From Amphiscolops sp. MND2022 (Eukaryota): a DNA stretch of 64,000 bases. The position numbers were made by a program, and so were the translations under genes. Below, piece after piece: positions 26,236 to 39,634 of the stretch. Position 1 is the stretch's first letter, and each line of letters begins with the position of its first letter. The notes beneath the pieces were generated by a model. That model had not been told where the DNA came from, ran no database searches, and saw only the letters and a list, made by a program, of their open reading frames with translations. Location of the stretch: assembly GCA_964187785.1 (NCBI GenBank), contig OZ076409.1, positions 28,336,001 to 28,400,000 of the forward strand. Direction: 5' to 3'.

Positions 26236-28180
26236 TGTCACAGCCCCAGCAGCTGAGCTGTGAGAATTGCTACGAAACAAGCGCAGTCTACAGAGAAGGA
26301 AAATGGGAGTAAAATGAAAGAAACAAGTGAAACAATTGCCATATAACTGTTATGTGCTACTATAATAATAATAATAATATAAAATATCGGAGCTAAAATA
26401 ATATATATTAATATTTACATAATTACATACAAGAACATGTATACATATAGTGTACCAACCAATTTGAAGCTTTTGTGCAGTTAATATTACTAATACGGTG
26501 CTACGTAATTAAAAATAACCGAATCACACGCTTAGCAAGCGGCCTGAGAAATTAATGGCAGAACTGCGGCCTGGCAGCTGGCCTCAAATTCGAACAGCGA
26601 GGCGTGCGGCCTGGCGTGTGGCCTGACATTGGAATACACTGTACACAAATAATCAGCAGTAAACGCGGTACCATTGAATGCATATAAACTTGCTGAAGTG
26701 TTTTACATACTATTTAAACGATGCTATACATGTAAATGTGCTAATGATTAAATAGTAATAATGATTGTTTGAAGATCACATACCGCGACCTGGGACACGG
26801 CCTGGGATCAAAATACATAAAAATCATTTGAATAAATGGAAAATGCTGATGCTAACGATGATTTCCTTTTCCGCATGATTTCTAAATCTGTCACCTATGA
26901 TCATGAATGATAACAGTTTGATTGGATGTAATTTATACTATTATTTTCCATGTAAATCGAGTTAAAAATTAAGACAGCCCAGACCATGGCCAGGGACTAG
27001 GTTTTGTTGCTTTAATAGAAACTTGATGATTATCAATACCACATGAAAGGTATTTCGAACCAATCACTATTTAATCAAACTATGCCAACCTAGACAATGT
27101 TTTCCTGTGCAAGTTCATTTCATGTAAACCTCAATTGCAGTTACGATGATACTATTGTTGTGCTAATCTACATGACTTCTCCAAACATACTGAACCATGG
27201 CCTGGGACGAAGGTTTCCCTAGGTTTTTCATTTTATCAACGTCATTAACAATCCATAGGCGAGATTATGAGCTCGCTTGCTAGTTTGCTGTTTTTAACAC
27301 TAGGTTGCGCAATTTATTTGAAGTTGCTGAATTAAACTAAATTACTTTGTAAATATTGAGTGTCATTGTTAATTTTTGTGATTGTTTCCATCAACTATAA
27401 TTGATGAGTCAACCAAACTTTCATTGCCAAGTTCAGCTTCGGCGTCACGAAAAGGGGGAAATTGGAGGCGAAGGGAAGCGGAGTCGCAACTCAGACACTA
27501 AGTGGACGCTTGCTTTCCCCGGAAGGCATGAACAAACTGAAGGTCTGAGTTCGACAAAGCGGAACGGAACTTCCGGTTAACTTGCCTGGGAAGGACGCCG
27601 GGCTGAATGAAGCGTGAAAGGTGTGCCCATTTTTTCCCCGCTTTTGAGGGCGGAAAGTCTTTTTAGTTGAGAAATTCAAACTAATTTCAGTTTATGTTGC
27701 TAAAATTCATATTTTGTGGAACTTTTGTCAATTTGCCTTTGATATTCAATAAAGATTAAAAATCTCCAATTTCTTCCTGCTTAGCGAAAATCTTGAGGTT
27801 AGAATCCTTCAAACTCTGCAACACTCTAATAGTTGTAAATGCCTGAAAGATCTTCTAAGAGAAAAACCAGGAGAGATTCCTTGACCAGTTCACTGGGTGA
27901 ACCAGAAGCCTCGAGTCCGAGAACGGAAATTATCCCTAGCATTTCTGATAGGGATTTCTCTGATATATCTGAGAAAATCGAAAAATCTATCGGCAGGAGA
28001 AAAAAAAGATACTGAGACACGACAGAGAGAAAATCTCAAAATGATTGAAATTCTGTCCTCGAAGATAGATCCTCTATCAGGACAAACGTCAAGTACCGTA
28101 GACTAGAATACGAACGAAAATTTCCTGAAAGCCTGATATCCCCTTCCAGACCGAGTGGATCAGAAGAGAAGGTCAACACA
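26236..28180. mobile_element. Solo LTR-like insertion (1945 bp)
   Basis: TGT...ACA termini; perfect 5-bp TSD CCGAC (26231-26235, 28181-28185); AATAAA near 27748; no long ORF; internal GGCCTGG repeats. Confidence 0.8.
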
Positions 28181-28634
28181 CCGACCATTACAGTCACTCG
28201 TTTTTTTTTCTTTTTTTAAGATAGACTCGAAGCGACGAAATTTTTGTTCAGTTTGTTCAACTAAACGAATAAGAAACGAATTTAAGTTATAGCATAGAAT
28301 CCCTCTTTCATTTTTAACTTTTTACACGTAACACCAAAACCGAATGAGACTAAAGGGTCACCTTTTAATTTTTTGGCCCTAAGAGGCTTTTTTCGACTTT
28401 TTTTCTCTTCAAAGCCTCCCCCCTCCGACTTTTTTGAAATCCGCGCTCGTAATATTCGGAATAAAGCGCTATATCCGACCTTTTGACGTTATATCCGAAT
28501 TGTTTTGCGTCTTTGTAAGGTGGAGGCTGAGGGCAGAAAGCAGGAGTTTTTCATGAAAACGTCCTACGCATATTTCAAATCTGTTCTTTTTGAGCCTTAT
28601 ATATGGCGCCCACTTCAGACGTTCTCGTCTTGTT
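28181..28634. mobile_element. Remainder of a HINE-like copy split by the solo LTR (left part about 26200-26235)
   Basis: Rejoined flanks restore aaaagagcccgac-cattacagtcact, matching 2993-3015. Ends with the family terminus gacgttctcgtcttgtt. Confidence 0.7.
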
Positions 28635-30059
28635 GCTTTCATAAAACTAAGATCAAATCCAAAAATCAGACTTCAGTTAGTTTCGATGCACGTTTTGTCA
28701 GAATTTCGGTAGATTTTCTGGATTAGAACAATATGAACGTTCAATACCAATCCAATTCGGTGTCTAATAAGTTTTTTGGCAATAGTAATAAAATGTGTGA
28801 TGAAAAATGCCACAAAATGACCAAATGCCAAAAAATACATAACTTTAGACTTTTCAACTTTTTCATTGCAAGTTTCGTGACATTTTCCAGAAAACTTCGG
28901 GAACAGAATTTCGAAACCGTTGACCTTGCTGTCTAGTAAGAAGAGCAAATTGCAGTTTTTCGTTAGAAACGTGCCTTTTATTGACCACAAAATAATTTTA
29001 TTGTTTTTGTCCTTTCTTATCTAAATTGTGTACAATTGCTGAATTTTTTTCTGGGTCAGAAGGTTCAAAGTATCTATGTGGTATGCTTTTTTGAAGAGGA
29101 AAGTGCCGTGTTGCTTCCAAAACAGTTTCGAATTACTCCAAATGAGAAGGAATTTCGGAGAATTTTTTCTTTCTCGTTTTAATGTAATTTTTGTGAGTTT
29201 TTTTTAAACTTGTTGTAGTTAGAAGGTTGCAAACGTTCAAACATGATTACAGTTGTTTTCAATTAGGCTTTTTGAATAAATATCCGCATGCATCTGTCAA
29301 AAAGTCCTTCAAATTCGCTTTATTAAATTCCGTCTCACAATTTATTCAAGGGGGAGGAAAATCAAGATGTGTGTTGCGTTTATTTTTCCAATATTTACCA
29401 AACCACCACTTTTTACCCCATTTGAAATTTGAATTTGCGGTTTACTAAGAGGCAGAAGTTTGAAGACAAGTGTTCCTATTTGTCCCAGCACGCTATATTC
29501 GAATTTAGACGTTATATCCGAAGTAAATTGCGTTTCACCAAGGAAGAGGTAGCTTTTGGATTACCACTTTCAATTGATGTCTGAAACGTAAGCCGGTGCA
29601 TAGCGATCGTCTTGTTAGCGAATCAATTGTTACACCTTTATACGAAATGTAAACAGAAATTCTTAAAATTTGAACATTTTTGGACAAAATATTTTCATTA
29701 GAGGTTGTAACTTTAAACGAAATAGATCTCCCGACAATTTTTGCAGGCAATTTGCTTTCTAAAAAGAACAATTCCCTAGACTGACCAAACCAGTGGAAAA
29801 TCCACAACTTGTTTTATTTCGACGTTTTTATTCTGAAAATTTCGTAAAATTGAGTACGATGAGTTTCGCTAAATAAATTTGTCCTGGCATTCATTACGAT
29901 ACATATGCCGCAACGAACTAGCAAGATCTTGCTAGTTCGATTAACAGCTAATAGAAACGCGTTATTATTTCTGATACGCGTTACGAGTTTTGCTCGTTAC
30001 ACTGTGCGATTTGGCGTTACGCGTAGTGATCAAACTACAGTAAATGACTACTTTACACA

Positions 30060-30860
30060 CTCTACAATTACGTACTTTGACTGGTTTCCACTTCACACAC
30101 GAAGACGGAAATTGATTGTTTTACACCATAACTTGGTACACATTTTGACTGGAATTCACTTTCAAAGTCAAAAACAATCAAAGTGTGTAAGTTTATGATA
30201 CCTTTGACTGTTTTCCACTCTGAAGCATTCGTTGTTTTCTTTCAAACCTGGTACACATTTTGACTGGAATTCACTTTCGCAAAGTGTGTAAGTTAGTGAC
30301 ACCTGAATTTGTATTACAAAAAGGACGCTTACCATTCGGTTGAATCTGGGACAACAGCCCAGTCACTCGACTAAAATACTCAAATATGTGAAAGTATTTT
30401 AACACATAGAAGACTCGTTCCAGTCGATTTCACGCATGTAATTATATAAATTAGTCAAATTAGTGTACATGTACACTAGTCAAAGTGAATAGTGTGAAAC
30501 AGTCAACCTAATTACCGACTGCAATTACAATGTGAAGCGTTTTTGTTTAATAAAAAAGCAATACGATGTATCGTTTCTTTGGTGTATAGTAGTCAAACTT
30601 TGATCACTTTCCCCGTTATCAATGAATGATATTTCTAAATTATCGAAAAGTGAATTCTTGTCAAACATTGACTAATTTACGTGGTAGATATCTCTAACTA
30701 CCCGAAAAGTGAATTCCAGTCAAACATTGACTAATTTACGTGGTAGATAGCTCTAAAGACTCGAAAAGTGAATTCTAGCCAAACATTGACTAATTTACGC
30801 TTTATACACGTTACGGAAGTGAGCCAATTGTAGGTCGAAATTCCTGACTGGTTTCCACTT
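30060..30860. repeat. Foldback-like element with internal repeats
   Basis: TTGACTGGAATTCACTTT at about 30145 and 30260 is inverted relative to three 59-bp tandem units starting at 30644, 30703 and 30762. Confidence 0.65.
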
Positions 30861-30864
30861 TTCT

Positions 30865-33800
30865 CTAATAACGCTCAATGACCACAATCCGCAGTTTCTG
30901 ATTACACTGTGAATCAAAATCCAAGATGAACACATTGCACTGTTTGACTAGAATACGGTTCGTTCTCGTTTTACGGAAAATACACTTTACACTTGATGAT
31001 AATTTCCACTTTTGCGGCATATGTATCGTAATGGTATGAATGGTAATCTTGTTTCTTGAGCAAGACAACCAGCTGCTAATAACCTTCCACCAACCTTTAG
31101 AAGTTTGTTTTTGTTTAAGAAACGATTTAATTGAACACATTTTGATTCCTTTGCATACGTATTTTGAAGTGTTTGATTTCATGGCTATAATAACTGTGTT
31201 GCACTCGGTTCATCAGGTGATTCAAAGCCAATTTACGATCTTTAACTTCCCCTATTACTGGTTTGCGATTCTTGTTGAAGAACGTTTATAGGAATTCTGT
31301 AATTCTGATACCTCGAAGTTACCCTATTATCTTTGTATGGGGAGCATGTGGTCAACTTTGACAGATACTTTTTCAATACTAGTGTCAGTGAACGTGACAG
31401 GGTCCTGCAGGTCTGACGAGGAGGTGTGCTGGAACAATCTAGGGCTAAAACTTCTTTCATACTGATCTCGCTTTGAAACTTCGTATTATATAAAATTTGA
31501 GGTTGTTTTGGTAATTTGACTGGTTCTTCATGGGTCCTATTGGGACCATGCCACGAAATATCCAATGACAAAAGAACACTTAGACTTTTCGGACGAGTAC
31601 AATAGTCTACTGGGTTTCGGGAAGTGGGTACATATTTACAATTCTCAGTTGCAAAAGCACTTGGAACCTTTCAGAACAGTTGCACAAAATTCTAATCTGG
31701 GGAGACTGACTGAGCTTTTTGGAGCCAGAGTACATTTTCTATGAGCAATCCAATACCCATGGTGGAGTCCTTATTTTATGAGGCCTATATGAAGGATCCG
31801 TAGACTTTTTCAGAAGCGTGTACGAAAAAATGAAGTTTTGTCTTGAATGAAGCTTTGAAGCTTTTTGGCTTGAATGTGACCACAGAGGTAACTAAACAAA
31901 AAATGTGGAGTTGGCTCAAATCTTTCAATTTTACCACCCAGCACAGAAACTGGCTCATAATAGTTGCCCCAACCTCGTCACACTAATTCAAAGTGCCATC
32001 CCATGGTTTTTGAATTTAAATCGTTGGAAGTAACGTCACTAGTGTGACCAAAGTGAGAGGATTAAAGACTTCTACAAGAGAACTGGAAACGATTCTGCGT
32101 GTTATTTTTGAAGTTTTACATTGACAACAAGTGTAGAAGCGGATTATGGTGTTATTTGCAACGATAACTTTCGGATTTGTGTGAGAAAAACTAGTGCGAA
32201 GATGACCATCCGAGGGATTTTTTAATGCGTCATAAGTTGTGTGAAGTTATTATATAATGCTTGCTGGTCTCAAATCAATGGGGCAACCTTTTTCGTGAGG
32301 TTTACCGAATGTTTGAGTTGGTATTTCTACTTTTTTGACAAACGTGATAGGAATGTTGACCATATGTCCATTTTTTGTGATTGGTGAAAATTGACATTTT
32401 TCGTACGTTTCCTTTTTCTGCTTTTCAATTTGCTAGGGTCAAGCGTGGGGATGCAAATGGGACCGGTATCACCGTCAGCGCCGATTTTATTTTTGTGATT
32501 CTTATCCTGAAAGTTTACCGTTGGATCAACTTGCGCTAAAATACTAAAATTGTGAATCTTGTTTTTCATAGAAATAAGAAGACTTTTTTGTTTGACAGCG
32601 TGGGGCAAGGATGTGGAGTGCTCTGTGACTATTATTTTTTCGAATGAACGAAATAAGAAAGTGTCTGTTTGATGTCTCCAGTTAAGACCAAGAATCTTGA
32701 TGTTATGGTCTTCGTTGAGAGGTAAAAACTCTTTGTTTCCGAGAAATTCAACTGGAATTCCTTTCAAAACTTGTTTTGAAATACTTGTCCATTTGCGAAT
32801 ACGCATTCCACGACTAACTATTGTGGTGGTTATATCCTTATAAAAAGCTACTGCTTCATCAGGGAATGTTACGTCACCAAGAAAATCATCGGAATAAAAT
32901 GAATTCAAGAACGCGTCTCTGCAAGTTTTATTTGGTGCTTTATCAACTGATTCACGCAAAGCACTTATTGCAAGATATGAACTTGATGCTATACCGTAAA
33001 TTACTCTTGTTCACCGCCATTTTGTTATTGGTTAGCTAGGATCTGATCTCCAAAATAACTGATGCAACTTTTTGTGCATTTCATTGAAATTCAATTGTCT
33101 GTACATTTCCGTTAAATCTCCTGCTAAAACAACTGGATAAAAACGTAAGCTAGTCAAATCAGAATTTCAATCAAATTGAGTTGTTGCTTTGCTCTTATCA
33201 TCTTATAAGATGATTTTAGTCAATGCATTTAACACTGTCCGACACTTTGTGGTTATGGATTCCTTCTAAACAGCGTAATGTGGCTTCACGAAGCATTTAC
33301 TTGGTTCCAGATGCTGTTGATCCGGAGGAACTCATCTGGAGGAAACATATCATGGTACTGCTGTTTTGCAATAAGATTGTTTTTGAGCTTGTTTTTCCTT
33401 GCGAATGAATTGTCCAGAGTTTTTTTGATGAATTTCCAATATCGGGCTTTAAATCTGCCCCATTGGATGCAATTGCTAGATGCGATTCCTTGAGAGGAAG
33501 TCGAACCATGACTCTCCCATGGTAACAAAATGTAGTGGTTTGCTCATAGTGTTGTGAACAAAAAACTACCTCTGAAATTAACTTCGACTCCGGGAAAGTT
33601 GGAACATCTTCTTTTTTCTAAATGTTCTCTAACTTACTGTCATCGTTTTCCACAAAACTAAATCTGTTGGAGTTCTGATTGAAACTTGGGGATTCTTGAG
33701 TAGCTATTCCTGAAACTTATGTTGTTTTGGTTAAGGCAAGCGTGTCAATTTTGATATCTTTGTTTTGAAGAATGTGTGTATATACAGTGATTCCGAGTGA

Positions 33801-35500
33801 CAGATCAACGTGACCTGGACAATCAAAAGCCAGATCAATAATGTCAGGAATGCTCAACACCTTCATTGGCACTTTTGCTTTTTAGACTGTCACTTCTTTC
33901 ATGATTAAATACAACGCATTTTGTGTTGAACATTTTTCCATGTTCGGGTTGAACGAAACTTTTGACGTTTCCTTCCACCGGTTGCAAACATGTATCGTTT
34001 GCTCCGATAATTCGTTCGTCAGAATTCGCAACCTGTAGGCCTCACTTTCTACAATGAGCTGGTGTATTGGCGCTTATCAGAGCACAAATTCTAGGAGAGA
34101 TCTAAGTGCTATCTTATCATAATGAACTTCTTTCTTTCATCTAGATTTTCGGCTTGAGCTGTTGGTAATAGTGAAGTCTTATCTGACTTTTCGTTACCTG
34201 ATTCAATAGCTAACATACTAATATTTTTGACAGATCTGTTGACTAGTTTGGTGCTACTCTCATGCAAAAAGAACTGATGCTTGGACTGACAGGTCTTGCG
34301 TTTTAACTGTGAAGTACCTTTTGCTAGGACATGGCTTGATATGAAACAACTTAAGCAAAATTACCCTTGTATAACTTTTTCGCTCCCTTCTATAGGTGTT
34401 TGTGCTTGAAATGCGGGGCATGTCAAAATAGCATGACTAGCTTTGCAAGTTGAAACGGGACATTGCTATGATGAATCCCTCTCTGTTTCGGTTGTGAAAA
34501 ATTGCTTGGTTTCTTTCATCTTCTTTTATTTCTCTTTTGGTTGACACGTCTCCATGGAGCGGGTCCTCAAGTCCTTGATTTTCATCAAGTTTGTGTTTTC
34601 CAAACACTTCGCTCCAAGCTTTGATTGTTCCCATGCTTTCTGTCATTCAGGATCCATTTTCGATTGTACCAACCGATACAATCCCACATGATATTGACAA
34701 CCAGTTGATTCATTGACTGTAATGCAAGAGCTGCTTCATGGAAAATGTTATGAAGTATTAGTAATTGGAATGAAATATCATGACCTCTATGTTCGTAGAG
34801 GTCGAAATTCAGTAATTCGAGTCACAAACTCGAGTTACGAACGATAATTCTTTTATTATGGTATCGGTCAGTCAAAATTTTCACTGCGTTGTTATAAATA
34901 GCTTCAGTTGTTTCAAGACTTTTTAATAATCGCTCAGCTGGTCCAGTTAAGCAAGGTTTAAGACAAATCATTTTTTGAACCTTCGATATCTTGGTTTTTA
35001 ATAACAGAAGTGCTAGATTGATCGAATAAGACAAGCCAACCTGATTAATTGCCATTGAATTTTTGTAATTCAATTTGTGGTATTTTGGCAGAAATCTCTG
35101 TGTTGTTAGTTAAAAAGGATGAGTGCTGCTTGTCAGCACATTCGATTGGGTTGTTGAACATAATTGATTATATTCCCATTTGATTTCTGTTGTTACGCGC
35201 TGTTCGTCACAATCCAATGTGAACATTTCAATGCCAACGGTATCGTAGTTTTCTTCAGTAGTTTCTTACAATTTTTTTTCATTTAGTTCTTCCGTTCCTT
35301 TTGCATGCGAGTTAACCAGTCTGAAAGAACATGCAGTGCTTTGAATGAATGCACTGTAGTTGATTCTGCCTTCGTGTCGTTCCATTTTTTCAATTGCTGT
35401 TGCAAATGACGTATGTGAAGTTGACGAGCATTGTCTGTTATCTTTGTAAGTTAGAGCATTGCATGGCTCTCAATGGCCACCACAAAGGTGCTGCGATTCT
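30865..35500 (-). mobile_element. Decayed BEL/Pao LTR retrotransposon (gag-pol remnant)
   Basis: DUF1759-like gag piece (CLTGPAERLL...YNNAVKILTDRY); Pao-type RT motifs FYSDD, IRKWTS, KILGLNW; TRRIVSS..VFNPL downstream. Many stops, and an insertion near 32.1-32.6 kb. LTRs not identified. Confidence 0.8.
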
Positions 35501-37091
35501 CGAATGTACTTGAGATTTTTTTTATTTTCTGAACAAACAAAGCTGGCTGAGCTGATAAAGCTGACTGTCTTTCAACTTTCTCAACAAAAGAAGGATACGA
35601 TGAATAAATGTAAAGAAGTTTGAATAAATTATACAAATTCAACAAACTTTCTTATGCGCGGCAAGCAGAAATATGAGAAGATTATGAAATCAAATTAGTC
35701 AAATCATGCATGTTTTTCTTTCAGATTGTACATATTGGAAATGGTACTTGTAAAAAACGAGATAGGTTTTCTCGAGTTTGAATACAAAGGAGTTGTATTT
35801 TCCGAGGTTTCTCATTAGTTGACCGCATATTGCCATCTTTGAATTTGCTCGAATGTTTTTTAGAATCAATATATATATATATATATTTAGGCTCAAGGTT
35901 GATATGTGATATGTAGCTATTAGGACGGTTTTCGAAAAGAAATTGCATAAAGCAGAGAAGAAATTGCAAAGGTAAAAAACCATTACTGTAAATCGTAAAC
36001 ATCCTTGTCCGACTTTTTAGACTATTATCTATTATTTAGTATCCTCCAAATACCTGCCGAATAGCCCGAAGACCTACTTTCGCGATGTTGCGTGTGTTAG
36101 AATAATTTAAATTATTACCATCGTTTGTATCCGGTTTCCATTAGGCACCTAGGAAGAGATATGCAAAATTTCGTGTTTGAAAAGCGCGTCAAAAAGACCG
36201 AAAGAAGTCGGAGACATCAATTTTTTCCAATATCGAAAATTTTAGTGACTTTTTGTCTCTATAATCAAAGGAATGTTTGATAGGTTAGGTACTGGTATTC
36301 TCTTAGATCAAACAATTCGGTGCTGAGCGTATCCTCAAATCAGGTGTTTTTTTGAAAATGGGATGAAATCAATCGAAAATTGTCAAAACTTCCATTCTTT
36401 CGATTTTCTATGCAATTTCATAGTGCCATGGCTACTTTGGAGCCTCAAACTTATGTCGTAGTAGAACAGTTTGGAGCGGAAAATATCTCGCTGGTCAGCA
36501 GGTGTCGTGTTTTTAGTTTCATTGAGAAGCAAAGACGAAGTTTTAGGGTTTCTTGCTTGGTACTGTGCGTTTTCCTCGAAAGGTCTCTTATCCAGCTAAA
36601 ATGCCCCCACTTAGGGATTTTTGGCACTCGGAGAAATGTTTTGAATAAAAAATGATTTCACATCATCTGGTCTCATCTGAAGCCCCTTCTTTGCTTCCTA
36701 CTACTTTGTTTGACCTTGTTTTTACCAAATAAGCACCACTAGGGCAGGCATTCCAATCTAACCAGTGTCGGATTTTCTTAACTTTTCAAGTTGAACTATA
36801 ATTACTGATTTCTGATATAATGTATTCAACAGTAAAAGACGAGTTATTGCCGGAGTATTGGCGTTTTTTATTTTATGTCGATTGGAATTGAACTGTATTC
36901 GAACTTTTGTATTTGTGCAGTTTGATCTGATTTGGACTGTTTTTTGATGAAACTAGCGTATAAAACGAGAGAAATTGAGCAATAACCGATTTATTGACTT
37001 TTTCTCCGAAGTGATTTGGGTGTTTTCAGGACGAAGGCAAGGAGAACACTTTTTCCGGATTGTCATTTTGGAGTTCTTTCCAGAACTGGTT

Positions 37092-38249
37092 TTCAGATCT
37101 GTAGAACGTTTGTAACGGCGAGCGCTAAGCGATTGTATCGTGACAATAGAATGGAGGAACTGGCCACCATGATATCAGCTCACTGTGTCCTCCTAAGGAT
37201 AGCCGGTCCCGAGGAGGGGGAACCGTCTCTAAGGATGCTCTCTGGCCTGTTACCAGTCTGTAATTGCTAGGAATCACGGGCATTGTGCATTTTCTCCTCA
37301 CTACCACCGGGTAGATAGCTTGTAAAAGCGGTAAGGTCGTAAATACCTGAATTTCTCCAGTGGGAAACTGGGTAAATGCAAGAAACAAGAAAATAGCCCT
37401 CGAGCATAATATTAATAACACACAGAAAGTAAACAAATTATAATAACGGAGCCCAGTCCGGCGAAAGCTGTGGATATTGGGGCGGCATGGCACCAGCGCT
37501 CGAGCTGGGCACAACCCCCGGGCACGGGTACAGTCCTCAGGTTGTCATCATGTTTCTGGGTTCAGCACTGCAAAACCTAGATTTCTGCGGGCAAACACCG
37601 TGGTTTTTGTTTGCTTTCCTGGTTTCACTGTCTACACTTGCGATCGTCTCGCTCGCTTTCCCGGGGCGGCTTCAGATCTGTAGAACGTTTGTAACGGCAA
37701 GCGCTAAGCGATTGTATCGTGACAATAGAATGGAGGAACTGGCCACCATGATATCAGCTCACTTTGTCCTCCCAAGGATAGCCGGTATCGAGGAGGGGGA
37801 ACCGTCTCTAAGGATGCTCTCTGACCTGTTACCAGTCTGTAATTGCTAGGAATCACGGGCATTGTGCATTTTCTCCTCACTACCACCGCGGAGATAGCTT
37901 GTAAAAGCGGCAAGAAAAATAACTGAATTTCTCCAGTGGGAAACTGGATAAATACAAAAAACAAGAAAATAGCCCTCGAGCATATTATTAATTACACACA
38001 GAAAGTAAATAAATTATAATAACGGAGTCCAGTCCGGCGAAAGCTGTGGATATTGGGGCGGCATGGCACCAGCGCTCGAGCTGGGCTCAACCCCCGGGCA
38101 TGTGTACAGTCCTCAGGCTGTCATGATGTTTCTGGGTTCAGCACTGCAAAACCTAGATTTCTGCAGGCAAACACCGTGGTTTTTGTTTGCTTTGCTGGTT
38201 TCACTGTCTACACTTGCGATCGTCTCGCTCTCTTTCGCGGGGCGGCTTC
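37092..38249. repeat. Head-to-tail duplication of a GC-richer unit of about 579 bp
   Basis: Units start TTCAGATCTGTAGAACG at 37092 and 37671; highly similar, with scattered substitutions and small indels. Confidence 0.92.
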
Positions 38250-39634
38250 TTTTACCGTCTTTCAACACTTTCTGCAGACAGGTACTTGCCAAAATCATGC
38301 TTGGGTGCCACGTCAGCTTCGAACGAATTTTTCAAAAATTGTGTCAAAATTTCGTTTACAATAGGATGCCGTTACAGTTATTGTGACATAAAATATTGAG
38401 ATTATTTTTCTTTGTTCAACAATTGAGGCTGGAAGGTGCCTGAATATCTTTATAGCTAGGTCAGCAGAATATACGAAAAATCGCGGTGTCGCTGCGTCTC
38501 TTGTTACTTTTAATTGATTACGTAATGAAAACCACTGCCATTATTTTCCATTTCTCTAAAACATCTACTTACTTCAATATTGTCGAAATAATTTTTTCTC
38601 TTCACAAGCGTATAATTCTCTATAAGCGTATTGCTTGAAAACATAGCGTAAGTGGTATAAATTAGTAGCTAGTTGTATGATTTCATGCGACGCCATCAAA
38701 ACAGAGTAAACTAGAATGCTTTAGGAACTTTTAGAGAGCATTTTTTGTTCAATTCCTTAGGTAAAAGTCTGTTTTGAAAACGTATTGGGGGAAGAGTCGT
38801 TAATTTAATTCGCAAATAAATATGAAGTTTGTATCGTGAAACGATGGGTCGAATGGCGCCCATTCCTTTTTATCCGAAACAAATTTGTGACCCTGCCGCA
38901 GTTAAATAATGAAACGTTTACAGGCAGCAACCATCTTTTACATTCATTTACTCTCGGAAACATCCAGCTCTAATAGACTTGAAGATTGTCGCAACCTGAA
39001 AGTTTTCCTTCGCATCTGATGACTGTAATAACAATTTCTGGGGAAGTTCAAAATCTCAGGCTGATAGTTGTTGTGGGTGAAGCTAGGGCTATCATTTTGC
39101 TCGATTATTTCGTATACTTGCACTCTTCATGAAAAGTTAAGTCTCACAAAGTCGTTGCAGTATAGTACTTGTAGAATGTTTTGAGCATGTATAAAAACTA
39201 CGAATCAAATTAGTATGTTTTTCAGTTTTATTCACAATAACAAAAATTTTATGCAGTGTTCGACTGTATGATGTATTATACCTGTATAAACATGCCTGTA
39301 TAAAAAGCCTCAGATTGTTTTCGTCCGTGGAACGTATCGTTCAAACACTGACAATTTTGCAAAGGCGGTTAATTTAACTGGAAACGAAATCTTCATGTAC
39401 TTTTTCTTATAGTGAGAATTGAAAAAAAACTCTGAGCACGCAAACTTCAATCAGTTCAGCTGCAATGAAGAATTTATTCACGGGGTAATCGATGAAATTG
39501 AATAAAAAAGGGATGAAAGAATGAAACTAGGTTAAAATTGAGGAAATCTAAAGTAACATATATTCAAGCTAAATAATAAATCAATTCCCTAATATATCGA
39601 TAGAGGATGCCTTCAGATATTTTATTGCATTGAT

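Noticed and set aside
30644..30800. CRISPR-like repeat array
   Set aside because: The 59-bp units are wholly repeated with no unique spacers; eukaryotic context and no cas genes.
32279..32608. Insertion with 8-bp TSD TGGGGCAA inside the Pao element
   Set aside because: No TIRs between the repeats; could be chance or an unresolved nested fragment.
37185..37225. Twister or HDV-like ribozyme (GCCGGTCCC...GGAGGGGG)
   Set aside because: Only fragments resemble the consensus, the required pairings could not be built, and the second copy alters GGTCCC to GGTATC.
37449..37485. Group II intron domain V (AGC...GAAA hairpin)
   Set aside because: The stem is irregular, the AGC triad is changed in the second copy, and no other domains are present.
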